From: Bacilli bacterium
Lineage (GTDB): Bacteria; Bacillota_I; Bacilli_A; RFN20; CAG-826
Assembly: GCA_049433705.1 (NCBI GenBank)
Contig: JBMTFA010000001.1
Location: forward strand, 1-60,125
Length of the DNA stretch: 60,125 nucleotides
Reading direction: 5' to 3'
Translations under genes and position numbers: made by a program
In this document: one piece after another, positions 1-15,421 of the stretch
Position numbering within the stretch: the stretch's first letter is position 1
Layout: the number at the start of each line of letters is the position of its first letter
The notes under the pieces: model-generated
Seen by the model: only the letters and a program-made list of their open reading frames with translations
Databases searched by the model: none
Told to the model about the DNA's origin: nothing

Positions 1-11
1 GTTCGTGCCAT
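1..11 (-). CDS. rplW: ribosomal protein L23, first codons only (gene runs off the window)
   Basis: ATG at 9-11 overlaps the rplD stop (TAATG). The position matches S10-operon order rpsJ-rplC-rplD-rplW. Only 3 codons are visible. Confidence 0.4.
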
Positions 12-658
12 TATTGAAGCACCTCCTCAATCTTACTGACGGCAGGTTTTGCAATGACCAACACATCGGCATTCATAATGTCGACTGCGGATAATTGTTG
101 CCGGCTCACATACATGACTTTTGGTAAGTTACGGACTGCTAAGGAAACTTGATCATTGAGTGTTTCACCCACTAATAAAATTTTGCCAGTTAACTTCAAT
201 GCCTTGAGCATCGTTAGCGCTTCTTTGGTCTTACCATTTTTAAACGCGAGATCATCGACAATCGCTAACTTCTTTTCTAAAAACTTTTCTGATAAAGCCG
301 AACGGAAGGCTAAACGATATTGTTTTTTGTTTTGACCAAGGACATAGTTTTCTTTTCCCGTTGGACCGAAGGTGACACCACCACCAACCCAAACAGGGGA
401 ACGTTTCATCCCAGCACGGGCGCGACCCGTACCTTTTTGTCTCCAAGGTTTAATCCCGGAACCGGCAACTTCGCTCTTGGTTTTTGATTTCGCATTGTTT
501 TGACGAGCATTCGATAAAGCAACTTGAGCCGCATCAAACATCGATTGAGAGTGAGGCGCAATGGAGAAGACTTCACCATTTAAGGTGAGGTCACTGACTT
601 TGCTTCCAGATACGGAGAGCACATCGATGGTTAAACTTGCTTCTTGTTTCTTTGCCAT
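11..658 (-). CDS. rplD: 50S ribosomal protein L4
   Basis: 215-aa ORF with L4 motifs (KPWRQKGTGRARAG, VWVGGGVTFGP). AGGAGG lies upstream of ATG 656-658. Confidence 0.97.
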   Translation of the reverse strand: MAKKQEASLTIDVLSVSGSKVSDLTLNGEVFSIAPHSQSMFDAAQVALSNARQNNAKSKTKSEVAGSGIKPWRQKGTGRARAGMKRSPVWVGGGVTFGPTGKENYVLGQNKKQYRLAFRSALSEKFLEKKLAIVDDLAFKNGKTKEALTMLKALKLTGKILLVGETLNDQVSLAVRNLPKVMYVSRQQLSAVDIMNADVLVIAKPAVSKIEEVLQ

Positions 659-673
659 AAATGCTTGCCTCCT

Positions 674-1363
674 TTACTTGGCAACCGCTTGACGGTTAAT
701 CAAGGGTTTAGCGACTAAAGCTTGACCTAATTGCGTTTTGATCGCCGTGCGAATCATGACAAAACCTAAGTTAGGTCCTGGAATTCCGCCGCGAACGAGT
801 AATGCATTTTTTGCTTTGTCAACGCCCACCACGAGTAAGTTTTGAATGGTCGCTTGTTTTTCACCATGATGACCAGCCATTTTCTTTCCTGGATGAATCC
901 GGTTGTTGGTACGACCAACAGTCGCCATTGAACCAGGTCCACGGTGTGGCCACGAGGCCCCGTGTGATTTAGGTGAAACGGTGAAGTGGTGACGTTTGAC
1001 GGAGCCACTAAAACCTTTACCTTTAGAAGTGCCAATAACATCCACAACATCACCATTTTTGAATAAGGTGACATCGAGATTATCGCCAACTTTTAAATTG
1101 CTCACATCAGAAAAAGGCAATTCTGATAAGGTCTTCTTGGGTGATTGATTAATTTTTTTATAAACGCCCAATGCTGGTTTATTTAAGCGCTTTTCCGCAA
1201 CCTCTAAATAACCAACTTGGACACCAACATAACCATCTTTTTCTTTCGATTTGATGGCAGTGATTGTGTTTGGTAAGACTTCAATGACCGTGACTGGATA
1301 GGTCGTGCCGTCTTCAGCAAACACCTGGGTCATGCCCATTTTTCTTCCGATTAATGCTTTCAT
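674..1363 (-). CDS. rplC: 50S ribosomal protein L3
   Basis: 229-aa ORF with L3 motifs (GKGFSGSVKRHHF, HPGKKMAGHHG). AGGAGG SD upstream. Confidence 0.97.
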   Translation of the reverse strand: MKALIGRKMGMTQVFAEDGTTYPVTVIEVLPNTITAIKSKEKDGYVGVQVGYLEVAEKRLNKPALGVYKKINQSPKKTLSELPFSDVSNLKVGDNLDVTLFKNGDVVDVIGTSKGKGFSGSVKRHHFTVSPKSHGASWPHRGPGSMATVGRTNNRIHPGKKMAGHHGEKQATIQNLLVVGVDKAKNALLVRGGIPGPNLGFVMIRTAIKTQLGQALVAKPLINRQAVAK

Positions 1364-1377
1364 GATGGCCTCCTATC

Positions 1378-1689
1378 TTAAAGTTTGATGTCGATGTCAA
1401 CACCATTGGGTAAATCCAATTGGCGTAACGTATCGACCGTCGCTTTATTGTGATCAGTAATGTCGATCAAACGTTTGTGTGTACGAATTTCAAATTGTTC
1501 ACGAGCATCCTTATATTTATGGACAGCCCGTAAGACGGTGTACACTTCTTTTTCCGTCGGTAACGGGATTGGACCAACAACGGTCGCCCCGGTTTTGCGC
1601 ACCGCTGCAATAAGCTTTTGAACGCTAAGATCTAACATCTTATGTTCATAAGCTTTGAGACGGACGCGAATCTTCTTCGATTTAGCCAT
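1378..1689 (-). CDS. rpsJ: 30S ribosomal protein S10
   Basis: The track ORF 1378..1809 is trimmed to the internal ATG 1687-1689, which is preceded by GGAGGA. The 103-aa product [16 protein letters not shown]...DIDIKL is typical S10. Confidence 0.95.
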   Translation of the reverse strand: MAKSKKIRVRLKAYEHKMLDLSVQKLIAAVRKTGATVVGPIPLPTEKEVYTVLRAVHKYKDAREQFEIRTHKRLIDITDHNKATVDTLRQLDLPNGVDIDIKL

Positions 1690-1821
1690 GAATTCTTTCC
1701 TCCTTTGATGAATCTTCACAGTATGGTTCTTGAGCTCCATGCGAATTCCCTGACACCCATTCATGACAACGCCTGTGGGTGTGTCAGCAACCTCGCACTT
1801 CAACGCCAAGACACGAAAATG
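1690..1821 (-). promoter_or_regulatory. structured 5-prime leader of the S10 operon (about 130 nt)
   Basis: Lies between the predicted -10 and the rpsJ SD. It contains the stem CTGACAC(A)CCC ... GGGTGTCAG (plus-strand 1750-1788), flanked by partial outer pairing GCGAG/TTCGC. Confidence 0.4.
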
Positions 1822-1850
1822 ATTTTACCCTTGGTTATCGGTTATGTCAA
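1822..1850 (-). promoter_or_regulatory. sigma-A type promoter of the S10 operon
   Basis: On the minus strand: TTGACA (1845-1850), a 17-nt spacer, then TAAAAT (1822-1827). Confidence 0.7.
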
Positions 1851-1873
1851 CACTTTTTACTTATGAGTTTTGC

Positions 1874-2898
1874 TTATAAAATGAGCATCGCGTCACCAAA
1901 GCTAAAAAACCGGTAACGTTCACGGATTGCTTCTTGATATACCCTGAGTAGTTCTTCTCGTCCAATCAGCGCTGATACCATCATGACTAAGGTGGATTTC
2001 GGTAAGTGGAAATTGGTGATCAGTCCCGCAATGGTCTTAAATGAGTAACCAGGGGTAATAAAAATATTCGTGGTGGTTTTGGTTGCCTGAAATTGATTGA
2101 ATTGTTGCCAATTTGCCTCGAGGGTTCTTGTCGCGGTGGTCCCAATCGCGATAATCCTGCGATTGGTTACTTTCGCTTGATTTAAGGCTTGCGCGGCAGT
2201 GTCAGTGATTTCATAACGTTCTGCATGCATCACATGATCCTGAGTGTCTGTTACTTTCACTGGTTTAAAGGTCCCTAACCCAATTTGCAGAGTGACATCA
2301 ATAAAATGAATACCCTTCTCCGTTAATGACGTAATCAACGGTTGGGTAAAGTGAAACCCAGCTGTGGGTGCAGCCGCCGATCCCGGCACCTTTGCATAGA
2401 CAGTTTGATAACGGTCTGGATCTAATAATGTAGCTTGAATATAAGGGGGTAATGGCACCGTCCCTAGATGGGCAAGCACTTCTAAAAATACCCCTTGGAA
2501 ATGAAATTGAACCAGGCGATTTCCTTCTGCTTCTACGGCAATACAGGTTGCTTTTAGTTCCCCTTGACCAAAACTAATTTCCGTGCCAAGTTTCACCACT
2601 TTAGCATTCCCAACTAAAACGCGGTATTGATGGTTGCCTAGGTCATCGAGTAATAAAAATTCTACGTGGGCATTGGTACTCGTTTTTGTACCAAATAATC
2701 TAGCAGGAATGACTTTGGTATTATTTCTCACCAAGATATCGGTAGGAGATAAATATTCGCCAATATCTTTGAAAATCCGATGGTCAATGGTTTTGGTTTG
2801 CCGGTGGTAAACCAATAAGCGACTCTGGTCACGTTGGTCGGCAGGGGTTTGGGCAATTAGCTCTGGCGGTAAATGAAAATCAAATAGCGAAATATCCA

Positions 2899-2899
<1 letters not shown>
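1874..2899 (-). CDS. queA: S-adenosylmethionine:tRNA ribosyltransferase-isomerase
   Basis: 341-aa ORF, full-length QueA-like (MDISLFDFHLPPELIAQ..., GTTATRTLE). Its start overlaps the tgt stop (TAATG). Confidence 0.95.
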
Positions 2900-4544
<1,645 letters not shown>

Positions 4545-4609
4545 ATTTTCAGTCCTTTTTGATGATATCATACCCTCGATTTTCTCTTGAATAAAAAGGT
4601 CAACATTTA

Positions 4610-4618
4610 TGGTAAAAT
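4610..4618 (+). promoter_or_regulatory. extended -10 promoter candidate for degV
   Basis: TGgTAAAAT sits 70 nt upstream of ATG 4688. The gene itself has a GGAGGA SD. Confidence 0.4.
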
Positions 4619-4687
4619 TCGATTAATAACCTTTCTTCATTGTTCAAGGTTTATAACCAGGGCCTTGCCCTAACGGAGGATTAAAGA

Positions 4688-5569
4688 ATGCCTAAGTTTG
4701 CTGTCGTTTCCGATTCTTGTGCCGACTTACCGTTGAAAGTTGTCCAAAGCATGGACCTTCAAGTGGTGCCAATGATTGTCACCATTGACGATAAAACATA
4801 TCGTAATTTCCCAGATGAACGCGAGTTAACCACGGCGAAGTTCAATGAATTTTTAAAGAACAAAGCCAAACCAAGAACCTCGCAACCTGCCCCTCAAGAA
4901 GTCATTGATGTGGTCGAACCTTTACTCGCTGCAGGTCAAGATGTCTTATTGATGAGTATTTCGAGTAATTTATCCCAAACCTTCAACTCCATGAATTTGG
5001 CCTTAACTGAATTAAAGGATAAGTTCCCAAACCGCCGGATTGAATTATTTGACACCCTCAATGCATCCTTAGGGGAAGGGTTACTCGTCCACAAAGCCTT
5101 ATTATTACGCAAAGCAGAAAAGACCATGGATGAAACCTTAGCCGAACTCAATGCCATCCGGAACAAAGTCACAACCGTGGTTGCCTTTGATGATCTTTCC
5201 CACCTTTATCGTGGTGGCCGCATCAATGCTGCTAAATTTGCCCTTGGTTCATTCTTAGGGATTAAACCAGTGTTAATGTGCAGTTCAGAAGGGCGAATCG
5301 TCCCCGTTCCTAAACTTAAAGCAAGAGGTCGTAAAAACGCTTTAAACTTCTTACTTGAAACTTTTAAGAAGTATGTGGAACAAGATGACACCGTCTTTAT
5401 TGTCCATTCAGATTGTGCCGAAGATGCTAAGTTCTTAGAAACAGAATTAAAGAAAATCCGTCCGATCAAAACCTTGGTAAGCAACACTATGGGTCCCGTC
5501 ATTGCCTCCCACGGTGGTTTAGGCACGATTGGGATCATGTTCGTTGGCAAAACCAAAGACATCGAATAA
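4688..5569 (+). CDS. DegV family fatty-acid-binding protein
   Basis: 293 aa with DegV-like N-terminus (FAVVSDSCADLP) and TSQP motif. GGAGGA SD. Confidence 0.9.
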   Translation: MPKFAVVSDSCADLPLKVVQSMDLQVVPMIVTIDDKTYRNFPDERELTTAKFNEFLKNKAKPRTSQPAPQEVIDVVEPLLAAGQDVLLMSISSNLSQTFNSMNLALTELKDKFPNRRIELFDTLNASLGEGLLVHKALLLRKAEKTMDETLAELNAIRNKVTTVVAFDDLSHLYRGGRINAAKFALGSFLGIKPVLMCSSEGRIVPVPKLKARGRKNALNFLLETFKKYVEQDDTVFIVHSDCAEDAKFLETELKKIRPIKTLVSNTMGPVIASHGGLGTIGIMFVGKTKDIE

Positions 5570-5590
5570 CGATTTCCTATCCTCGGTTTT

Positions 5591-5617
5591 AAAAAAAGGG
5601 CCTTTGGGCCCTTTTTA
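5591..5617. terminator. bidirectional intrinsic terminator between degV and gatB
   Basis: A7, then GGGCC tttg GGCCC, then T5. The hairpin is flanked by A-run and T-run at convergent gene ends. Confidence 0.75.
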
Positions 5618-7039
5618 TTTTTGCTTCAATAAGTTTAATAAGATTTGATTGGTTAAGGCCGGATTCACCTTGCCACCCGTCTTTTTCATGATTTGACCAA
5701 TGAGAAATCCAACGGCGCGATCTTTGCCTTGTTGGAAATCAATAATCGATTGAGGGTTGGCGGCTAAGACCGCTTCCACTTGCGCGCGAATAAACGCTTC
5801 ATCAGAAATTTGGAGCATTTGATAATTTTCCGCTAGGGTGCGAGGATCACGAGGATTGGTCAGCATTTTTTCAAAGAGTTCTTTCGCTTGTTTATTGGAA
5901 AGATCACCTTTCGCAATCATCGCAAGGAGTGACGCTAATGCTTTCGGTTGAATGGGGAACTGTAAAATATCCGTATTGGTTTTATTCAAATAAGAAGCGA
6001 CATCTACCATTAACCAATTTGCATATAACTTATAGTCTTTACCATGTTGACATAGTTGATCAAAATACTCCGAAACATACACATCTTGGGTGAGTTGGGT
6101 AGCATCATATTCACTTAAACCCAAAGTTAAAAAGGTCGCTCTTTTTGCCGTGCTTAGCGGCAAAGATGTATCGATGGCTTTTTTCACAAACGCATCAGGT
6201 AGGTCGATCGGAATTAGATTCGGTTCAGTAAAGTATTTATAATCCACTGCATCCGTTTTCTTCCGCATGAGAATGGTTTCTTTTTTTAATTCATCATACC
6301 GACGGGTTTCTTGTTGAACAGGAATACCAGCGATTAACAAGCGTTCTTGACGAAGCATTTCCACATCAATCGCTCGTTGAACATTGGCAATCGAGTTGAG
6401 GTTTTTAATTTCGACTTTGGTGCCAAAGGTTTCCGTACCGACTGGGCGAACGGAGATGTTGACATCACAACGTAAAGATCCTTCTTCCATTTTGCCGGTA
6501 GACACTTTTAAAAAGGACACGATTTGCCTTACCGCATCAACAAAGGCTGCTGCTTGCGCGCCATTACGAATATCAGGACGGGTGACAATTTCCATTAAGG
6601 GAATCCCCGCGCGGTTATAATCCACTAAAGTAAACCCTTCGTAATGATGTTGCATCGCGGTATCTTCTTCGACGTGTAAACGTTCAATGCGAATCCGGAA
6701 TGGTTGTCCGTCCACCATGACGTCAATCCAACCCTCTGAACCAATGGGTCTTGCGCTTTGGGTGATTTGATAACCTTTGGGCAAGTCAGGATAAAAATAA
6801 TTTTTCCGATCAAACCATAATTGTTGATCGATGGATAAATGCAGGGCATGACAAACTTGAATGGCATTGATAATCGCTTGACGATTGACGATCGGCATTG
6901 TACCTGGATGAGCTAAATCTAAAGGTACGACTGCGGTATTTGCTTCAGCTTTATAGGTGACAGGTGCAGCAGAAAACATTTTAGTTTTCGTTTGCATTTC
7001 CACATGAATTTCTAAGCCAATGACTGCTTCTACATTCAT
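5615..7039 (-). CDS. gatB: Asp/Glu-tRNA amidotransferase subunit B
   Basis: 474 aa, GatB-like throughout (IGLEIHVE..., YFYPDLPKGYQITQ). ATGA overlap with gatA. Confidence 0.97.
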   Translation of the reverse strand: MNVEAVIGLEIHVEMQTKTKMFSAAPVTYKAEANTAVVPLDLAHPGTMPIVNRQAIINAIQVCHALHLSIDQQLWFDRKNYFYPDLPKGYQITQSARPIGSEGWIDVMVDGQPFRIRIERLHVEEDTAMQHHYEGFTLVDYNRAGIPLMEIVTRPDIRNGAQAAAFVDAVRQIVSFLKVSTGKMEEGSLRCDVNISVRPVGTETFGTKVEIKNLNSIANVQRAIDVEMLRQERLLIAGIPVQQETRRYDELKKETILMRKKTDAVDYKYFTEPNLIPIDLPDAFVKKAIDTSLPLSTAKRATFLTLGLSEYDATQLTQDVYVSEYFDQLCQHGKDYKLYANWLMVDVASYLNKTNTDILQFPIQPKALASLLAMIAKGDLSNKQAKELFEKMLTNPRDPRTLAENYQMLQISDEAFIRAQVEAVLAANPQSIIDFQQGKDRAVGFLIGQIMKKTGGKVNPALTNQILLNLLKQK

Positions 7040-8493
7040 GATGCTTTCCTCGTCTGAATCGATAGGTTTTTTAAACCAGTATGGTCTTCAATCACTTTGG
7101 CAATCGCTAAGGTCGTTGCTTCATCAAATGCTTTCCCCATCACATTGCCACCAAAAGGCATGGCTAATTCAAATCCTAAAGGAATGGTAACAGATGGAAG
7201 ACCAGCAAAATTCCCTAACGCTAAATGGGAATCGGCAATTAAATATTGATTCGATAAGCGATCACTTGAATCGGTAAATTTTGGCGCGATGGTTGGGGCG
7301 GCGGGTAAATAAATCGCATCATAGGTTTGATAAATACCATGCAATGCATCCACGATCATCCGTCTTACTTTTTGGGCGCGTAAAAATAAATCATGTTGGT
7401 TTTCTCTTAATAACACATAACTGCCAATGACAAAGCGGCGTTTAATTAATTCGGAAAAACCTTTGCTACGCGCTTCCATCATCACATCTTGATACGTTTT
7501 ACCTTCATAACCAGGACCAAATTTTAGTCCATCAAGATTAGCATTATTACTTGTTGCTTCCGCACAAGAAATGGTCATATAAGTAGGATAAATCGCATCC
7601 AATAAAGCTTTGGGGTATGCCACCACGTCAACGGTCGCACCCGCTGCTTTTAATGCCGCAACGCTTTGATTGAAGCCTTTAAGGATGATTGGATTGGTCA
7701 TCGATTCCATCACTTCTTTCAACACCGCGATTTTTTTACCACGAATGCCAGAAGTAAAGTCAAATGTCGGTATGGGTTGAGGCATGCTGGTGGCATCTTG
7801 AGCATCTTGCCCGCTCAGTAATTGGGTTAACACGGCAGCATCTTCAACACTTCGGGTGAAATAAGCAACATGATCTAACGATGGGGCAAACGGAAATAAA
7901 CCATAACGGGAGATGCGACCCCATGTCGGTTTAAAACCCACTAAACCAGCATAACTTGCTGGTTTTCTTACCGAATCACCGGTATCACTTCCTAAGGAAA
8001 AAGGCACCATGCCACTTGCAACCGCAGCGGCAGAGCCTGAACTACTACCACCGATTTGTCGTGTTTTACTTGGATCAAAAGGATTCAGTTGTACGCCTTT
8101 ATGACCCGTCATCCCAGTACCACCCATCGCTAATTCATCTAAAGTGGTTTTCCCAATTAAAATGGCCTTAGTCGCTTTTAATTTTTGATAAACGGTTGCA
8201 TCGTATAACGGCACATAACCATTGAGAATGTTACTACCCGCCGTGGTTTCTAAACCGGCGGTGGAAAAGTTATCTTTTAGCACATACGGAATTCCCCAAA
8301 AGAGATTATCTACTTCGGGTTCTTTTAAGGCTTCTGCTTGGGCAAGCGCTTGCGCTTCAGTCACCATTTCAAAGGTGTTCCATTGGTCAGCTTTTGCCCG
8401 TTTAATCGCTTCGATGGTTAGGGCTAAAGGTGTCGTTTCTTTTTTGACTAACGCGGCATGAATTTCTAATATCGAATGGTCAAGCCAATGCAT
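7036..8493 (-). CDS. gatA: Asp/Glu-tRNA amidotransferase subunit A
   Basis: 485 aa with amidase signature (GGSSSGSAAAVA). Confidence 0.97.
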   Translation of the reverse strand: MHWLDHSILEIHAALVKKETTPLALTIEAIKRAKADQWNTFEMVTEAQALAQAEALKEPEVDNLFWGIPYVLKDNFSTAGLETTAGSNILNGYVPLYDATVYQKLKATKAILIGKTTLDELAMGGTGMTGHKGVQLNPFDPSKTRQIGGSSSGSAAAVASGMVPFSLGSDTGDSVRKPASYAGLVGFKPTWGRISRYGLFPFAPSLDHVAYFTRSVEDAAVLTQLLSGQDAQDATSMPQPIPTFDFTSGIRGKKIAVLKEVMESMTNPIILKGFNQSVAALKAAGATVDVVAYPKALLDAIYPTYMTISCAEATSNNANLDGLKFGPGYEGKTYQDVMMEARSKGFSELIKRRFVIGSYVLLRENQHDLFLRAQKVRRMIVDALHGIYQTYDAIYLPAAPTIAPKFTDSSDRLSNQYLIADSHLALGNFAGLPSVTIPLGFELAMPFGGNVMGKAFDEATTLAIAKVIEDHTGLKNLSIQTRKAS

Positions 8494-8495
8494 GA

Positions 8496-8792
8496 TTAAC
8501 CAACCACCTTGGGTAATTTGATTTGTCCATCGCGAACTTGCTTAGCATTTTCCGTTGCTTGCTTTTGCGTTAAGGTCACGCTGGGTACGTCATCGCGTAA
8601 TTGTGATGTGGTAATGGGGAAAGGAAAGGTCATGGGTGTTAACGTATCCACGCCACTTATTTTTCCAATTAATGCCATTTGTTTTAGCAAGACATCAAAC
8701 TCACTGATTAAGACATCATATTCGTTATCCGTCATCACAAACATTAGGCGTTGACTGGCATCAATTAATAAGGGTTTATCAATTTTTTTCAT
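8496..8792 (-). CDS. gatC: Asp/Glu-tRNA amidotransferase subunit C
   Basis: 98 aa, located directly upstream of gatA, with a GatC-like C-terminus (LRDD). Confidence 0.88.
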   Translation of the reverse strand: MKKIDKPLLIDASQRLMFVMTDNEYDVLISEFDVLLKQMALIGKISGVDTLTPMTFPFPITTSQLRDDVPSVTLTQKQATENAKQVRDGQIKLPKVVG

Positions 8793-8800
8793 CGTTAAGA

Positions 8801-13007
<4,207 letters not shown>

Positions 13008-13011
13008 TGAT

Positions 13012-13386
13012 TTATTTTAACAAATTCACCCCTAAAATACTATGAAAGGATTCCCTCTTTGGATTTGAAATTAATGCCTCAATAATCGCTTTTTCTCCGA
13101 TGTAATTTTCATAATAGTCACTTATCTTGATTCGTAGTGTTGGGGAAGGAAATTGGCTTGTCGGAATAAGAAAATAAAGCGGAATATTTTCCTGGTGTTG
13201 TTGCCAGGCAATAACCTTTGGTAACACGGCTTGGGCAAAGGGACAACCTTCTTTGACATACATTTGTAAGGAGACAATCCTGCCGTTGGCTTCAATGGGT
13301 GGTAAAATAGAAATAACAAGATATGGTAGGAAACCCACAGCGATGATGTACCATACCACGAAACCAATTAAACCTTTCTTTTTCAT
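13012..13386 (-). CDS. membrane-anchored hypothetical protein, possibly thioredoxin-fold with a single Cys (CPFA)
   Basis: 124 aa with an N-terminal TM helix, then YVKEGCPFAQAVLPKV. It is the first gene of the pcrA operon string. Function not recognised. Confidence 0.5.
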   Translation of the reverse strand: MKKKGLIGFVVWYIIAVGFLPYLVISILPPIEANGRIVSLQMYVKEGCPFAQAVLPKVIAWQQHQENIPLYFLIPTSQFPSPTLRIKISDYYENYIGEKAIIEALISNPKRESFHSILGVNLLK

Positions 13387-13397
13387 CCTGGATATCT

Positions 13398-14300
13398 ATG
13401 AATAGGCAACAAACAAAATCGAAAAACCAAGAACTCGCATGGCTTGCCATGATCACCGCGCTTCAAGGCATTTTTCTTTGGCTCAATCAAGTTTATCCTT
13501 TGTTTGGTTATTGGTTAACTTACTTATTACCTTTCTTCACGATCATGGTGATATTGACGACAACCAAAAAGGGTTTCATCATTTATTTAGCTACTTCTTT
13601 ATTGCTCACCTTCATCTTGATTCAACCCTTTATGGAAACCATTTTATTTTATTTACTACCAGCGTGGTTTCTTGGTTTTGGTTACAGCTGGGCATTGAAA
13701 AAAAAGACAACCTTATTATCGTTATTGATATTCTTATCGATCATTCAACTTTTCATTCTCATCATGGTGAGAACCCTTTCACTAGCGTTATATGAAACCG
13801 ATTTGCTTACATTTCTTTATTTGTTCCTTAACATTCAAAATGCTTCACGGATTGCGATGCTTGATCCGTTAGCGCTTTACACGATTGCCCTGATACAAGT
13901 CCTGATTAGCCTGTTACTGATGCTCCCCTTGTTAGAAAGATTTAAATTAACGTTAGATTATCGATTATTCTTTAATCGCATCGAATCCCTCACGTTTATT
14001 GGTTTGTTTTTTCTGACGATTGCCATTGCTTTTATCGTCCCACCATTCACCTTCTATGTCCTCGGTCCCCTCACTTTATTGGCCGTATATGGTTACATTT
14101 ATTTCTTTATGAAACCAAGTTATTTTGATCCTTATTGGTTGATCTTAGGATTAATTCTTTATCCTTTTGTTAATGCCGCGATGAATCCATTGATTAATCC
14201 ACCCTATAAGCTTTTGTCCGTCATCCTTTTGGCGATTGGTCCCTTAACATTAGTAATCGTGAAGTCATTCATCCAAAAGAAGAAAAATCCTTTAATATAA
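13398..14300 (+). CDS. polytopic membrane protein, unknown function
   Basis: 300 aa with about 8-9 hydrophobic segments. It starts 11 bp from the divergent 13386 start. Confidence 0.6.
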   Translation: MNRQQTKSKNQELAWLAMITALQGIFLWLNQVYPLFGYWLTYLLPFFTIMVILTTTKKGFIIYLATSLLLTFILIQPFMETILFYLLPAWFLGFGYSWALKKKTTLLSLLIFLSIIQLFILIMVRTLSLALYETDLLTFLYLFLNIQNASRIAMLDPLALYTIALIQVLISLLLMLPLLERFKLTLDYRLFFNRIESLTFIGLFFLTIAIAFIVPPFTFYVLGPLTLLAVYGYIYFFMKPSYFDPYWLILGLILYPFVNAAMNPLINPPYKLLSVILLAIGPLTLVIVKSFIQKKKNPLI

Positions 14301-14304
14301 GAGC

Positions 14305-14601
14305 ATGGACATTCTCGTCAAGTTACTCAAGCGTACGCTCTTAGGGGCGCTTTACTTAGTTACATCCCCACTTATCGCCTTTGCGTTTAGTCTTTTTTTA
14401 CTTTACGGTTTAATCGTGTTTTTAGGCGTGAGCATCAAATCAATTTATTTATTTTTCTCTGGTCGTGGAGTGTTTACACCATTTCCTGAAGACCTAGTGG
14501 CCCACAAACGTTACCAATTTATGATGAAACAAACACCCAATACCCATAAAGCAGAAACGCCAGTGTTAGCCGCCATTCCACCGGTAGGACCAAGCAAATG
14601 A
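14305..14601 (+). CDS. small membrane protein, unknown function
   Basis: 98 aa with two hydrophobic segments. There is a 4-nt gap to the previous gene and an ATGA overlap with the next. Confidence 0.5.
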   Translation: MDILVKLLKRTLLGALYLVTSPLIAFAFSLFLLYGLIVFLGVSIKSIYLFFSGRGVFTPFPEDLVAHKRYQFMMKQTPNTHKAETPVLAAIPPVGPSK

Positions 14602-15239
14602 TGCTGATTTTTACGACCCCTACACCAACCATTAACCAACGATTAGAGCTACTTTATTTAGTGCTTGCCTTACTTTTTCTTACCTTTGCGCTCATTGGTG
14701 CCATTGGTTGGATGTTTGAAACCTTGATCAAAAAGTATGGCGATCAGGTGGATGCCGAAACATGGAAAATATATGAAACCAGAACGGTGAATACCCCCAA
14801 AGAGTTTGCCCGAATCGCCTTTAAAAAGAGTCACCGGCAAGCGTTTAAAGATTACTTTTGGGCATTACTCACCTTAGGCCTCATGGTTGGTTTGTTGTAT
14901 GGCTATATGGAACTGATGAATGATCCGCAATTGATTGACGATTTATTTAATTATGAAACCCGTGGCTTTAATACGATTTTCCCCATTTTTGATTGGGCGA
15001 ATATTCCCACGAGTAATTTCTTTGGTCTCAATCTTATCTCGGATTGGCCAATCGTGTTAAACAGCCCACGATTTGTGCCTGAAGCGACCATTTCTTATGT
15101 GATTTTCTTATTAACCTTATTTGGTAGTTTATTACTGATTCGCGCTACCCTAGCTTTAATTGGAAGAACGCTTCGCATTCAAAATAAACGCAATCAAATC
15201 TTTATGAAAAATTTAGATGAAGTTGCAAAAAAACTTTAA
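14598..15239 (+). CDS. membrane protein, unknown function
   Basis: 213 aa with N- and C-terminal TM segments. Translationally coupled to 14305..14601. Confidence 0.55.
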   Translation: MMLIFTTPTPTINQRLELLYLVLALLFLTFALIGAIGWMFETLIKKYGDQVDAETWKIYETRTVNTPKEFARIAFKKSHRQAFKDYFWALLTLGLMVGLLYGYMELMNDPQLIDDLFNYETRGFNTIFPIFDWANIPTSNFFGLNLISDWPIVLNSPRFVPEATISYVIFLLTLFGSLLLIRATLALIGRTLRIQNKRNQIFMKNLDEVAKKL

Positions 15240-15412
15240 GTCGTTAATAACCGATCAATATAGGCAATCAGTTGACTAATCACATAAACCGCTAAGACAA
15301 TATCGATCATCCAAATAAAAATGGTCATCCGTCTCAAGGAGACTTTTTTTCGATTGTAGGCCTCTAATTCGAGGTCTTGTTGGATATTTTCTTCTAACGG
15401 TTCTTCAAACAT
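15236..15412 (-). CDS. possible 58-aa small membrane protein (not in the ORF track)
   Basis: ATG 15410-15412 to TAA 15236-15238 encodes MFEEPLEENIQQDLELEAYNRKKVSLRRMTIFIWMIDIVLAVYVISQLIAYIDRLLTT, with one clear TM segment. It starts 9 nt after the asnS stop. No SD. Confidence 0.25.
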   Translation of the reverse strand: MFEEPLEENIQQDLELEAYNRKKVSLRRMTIFIWMIDIVLAVYVISQLIAYIDRLLTT

Positions 15413-15421
15413 AGGTTACAT

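Noticed and set aside
1642-1866. 74-aa plus-strand ORF, and the long form of the rpsJ ORF (1378..1809)
   Set aside because: Both lie in the S10 leader and promoter region. The S10 protein starts at the SD-preceded ATG 1689, and the extra residues have no counterpart in S10 proteins.
4545-4687. Expected a preQ1-I or preQ1-II riboswitch upstream of queT
   Set aside because: By eye I found no 5-bp P1 stem followed by the A-rich ...AAAAAACUA tail, and nothing like the preQ1-II consensus. I therefore did not annotate a riboswitch; see the related finding for how to test this.
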